Source: Spirogloea muscicola
Taxonomy: Eukaryota
Assembly (NCBI GenBank): GCA_009602725.1
Contig: WELB01000002.1
Coordinates: forward strand, 2,189,569 to 2,209,568
Direction: 5' to 3'
DNA: 20,000 nucleotides
The notes below the pieces were generated by a model, which did not search any database, had not been told where the DNA came from, and saw only the letters and a list, made by a program, of their open reading frames with translations. The translations under genes were made by a program, and so were the position numbers. This document shows, in pieces, positions 19,788 through 20,000 of this stretch (position 1 is the first letter of the stretch; the number at the start of each line of letters is the position of its first letter).

Positions 19788-20000
19788 GGAAGAGAGGGGG
19801 GGGCAGGGGGGGTGGGGGAGAGAGAGAGAGGGGGAGAGAGAGATGGAGAGAGGGAGAGGGAGAGAGAGAAGGAGAGAGAGGGAGAGAGAGAGAGAGAGGG
19901 AGAGGGAGAGAGGGAAGGAGAGAGAGAGAGAGAGGGAGGGGAAGAGAGAGAGGGGGAGAGAGAGAGAGAGACGGAGAGAGAGAGAGAGAGAGAGAGAGGG
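19788..20000 (+). repeat. GA-rich polypurine microsatellite running off the window end
   Basis: Imperfect (GA)n/G-run tract of about 210 bp with very few pyrimidines. Confidence 0.97.

Overview
Eukaryotic, GC-rich, intron-rich genomic DNA. The proteins are land-plant-like and the introns alga-like, so a streptophyte green alga is likely (inference). Four spliced housekeeping genes form two head-to-head pairs: a calcineurin-like metallophosphoesterase (-, ~7930-5884, 6 exons) with PEX4/UBC21 (+, 8352-9348, 5 exons), and cereblon (-, 13676-9922, 10 exons) with DPH6 carrying C-terminal RidA/YjgF domains (+, 13921-19096, 13 exons). Both short divergent intergenic regions contain telomere-like motifs and (CCG)n arrays. 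The first 3.5 kb is repeat-derived and holds the most unusual structure. It contains (i) a cluster of degenerate ~50-80 bp motifs that recurs at the far end of the window, (ii) what appears to be a restriction-like endonuclease (RLE) domain of a non-LTR retrotransposon split into two adjacent halves of opposite orientation, and (iii) a ~1.76 kb imperfect palindrome (1772-3535). An orphan ORF lies at 3999-4721 and a GA-rich microsatellite ends the window. There are two assembly defects (T47+N at 7967-8014, N47 at 13601-13647). All calls were made by eye without database searches. I see no firm evidence for a wholly new biological system.
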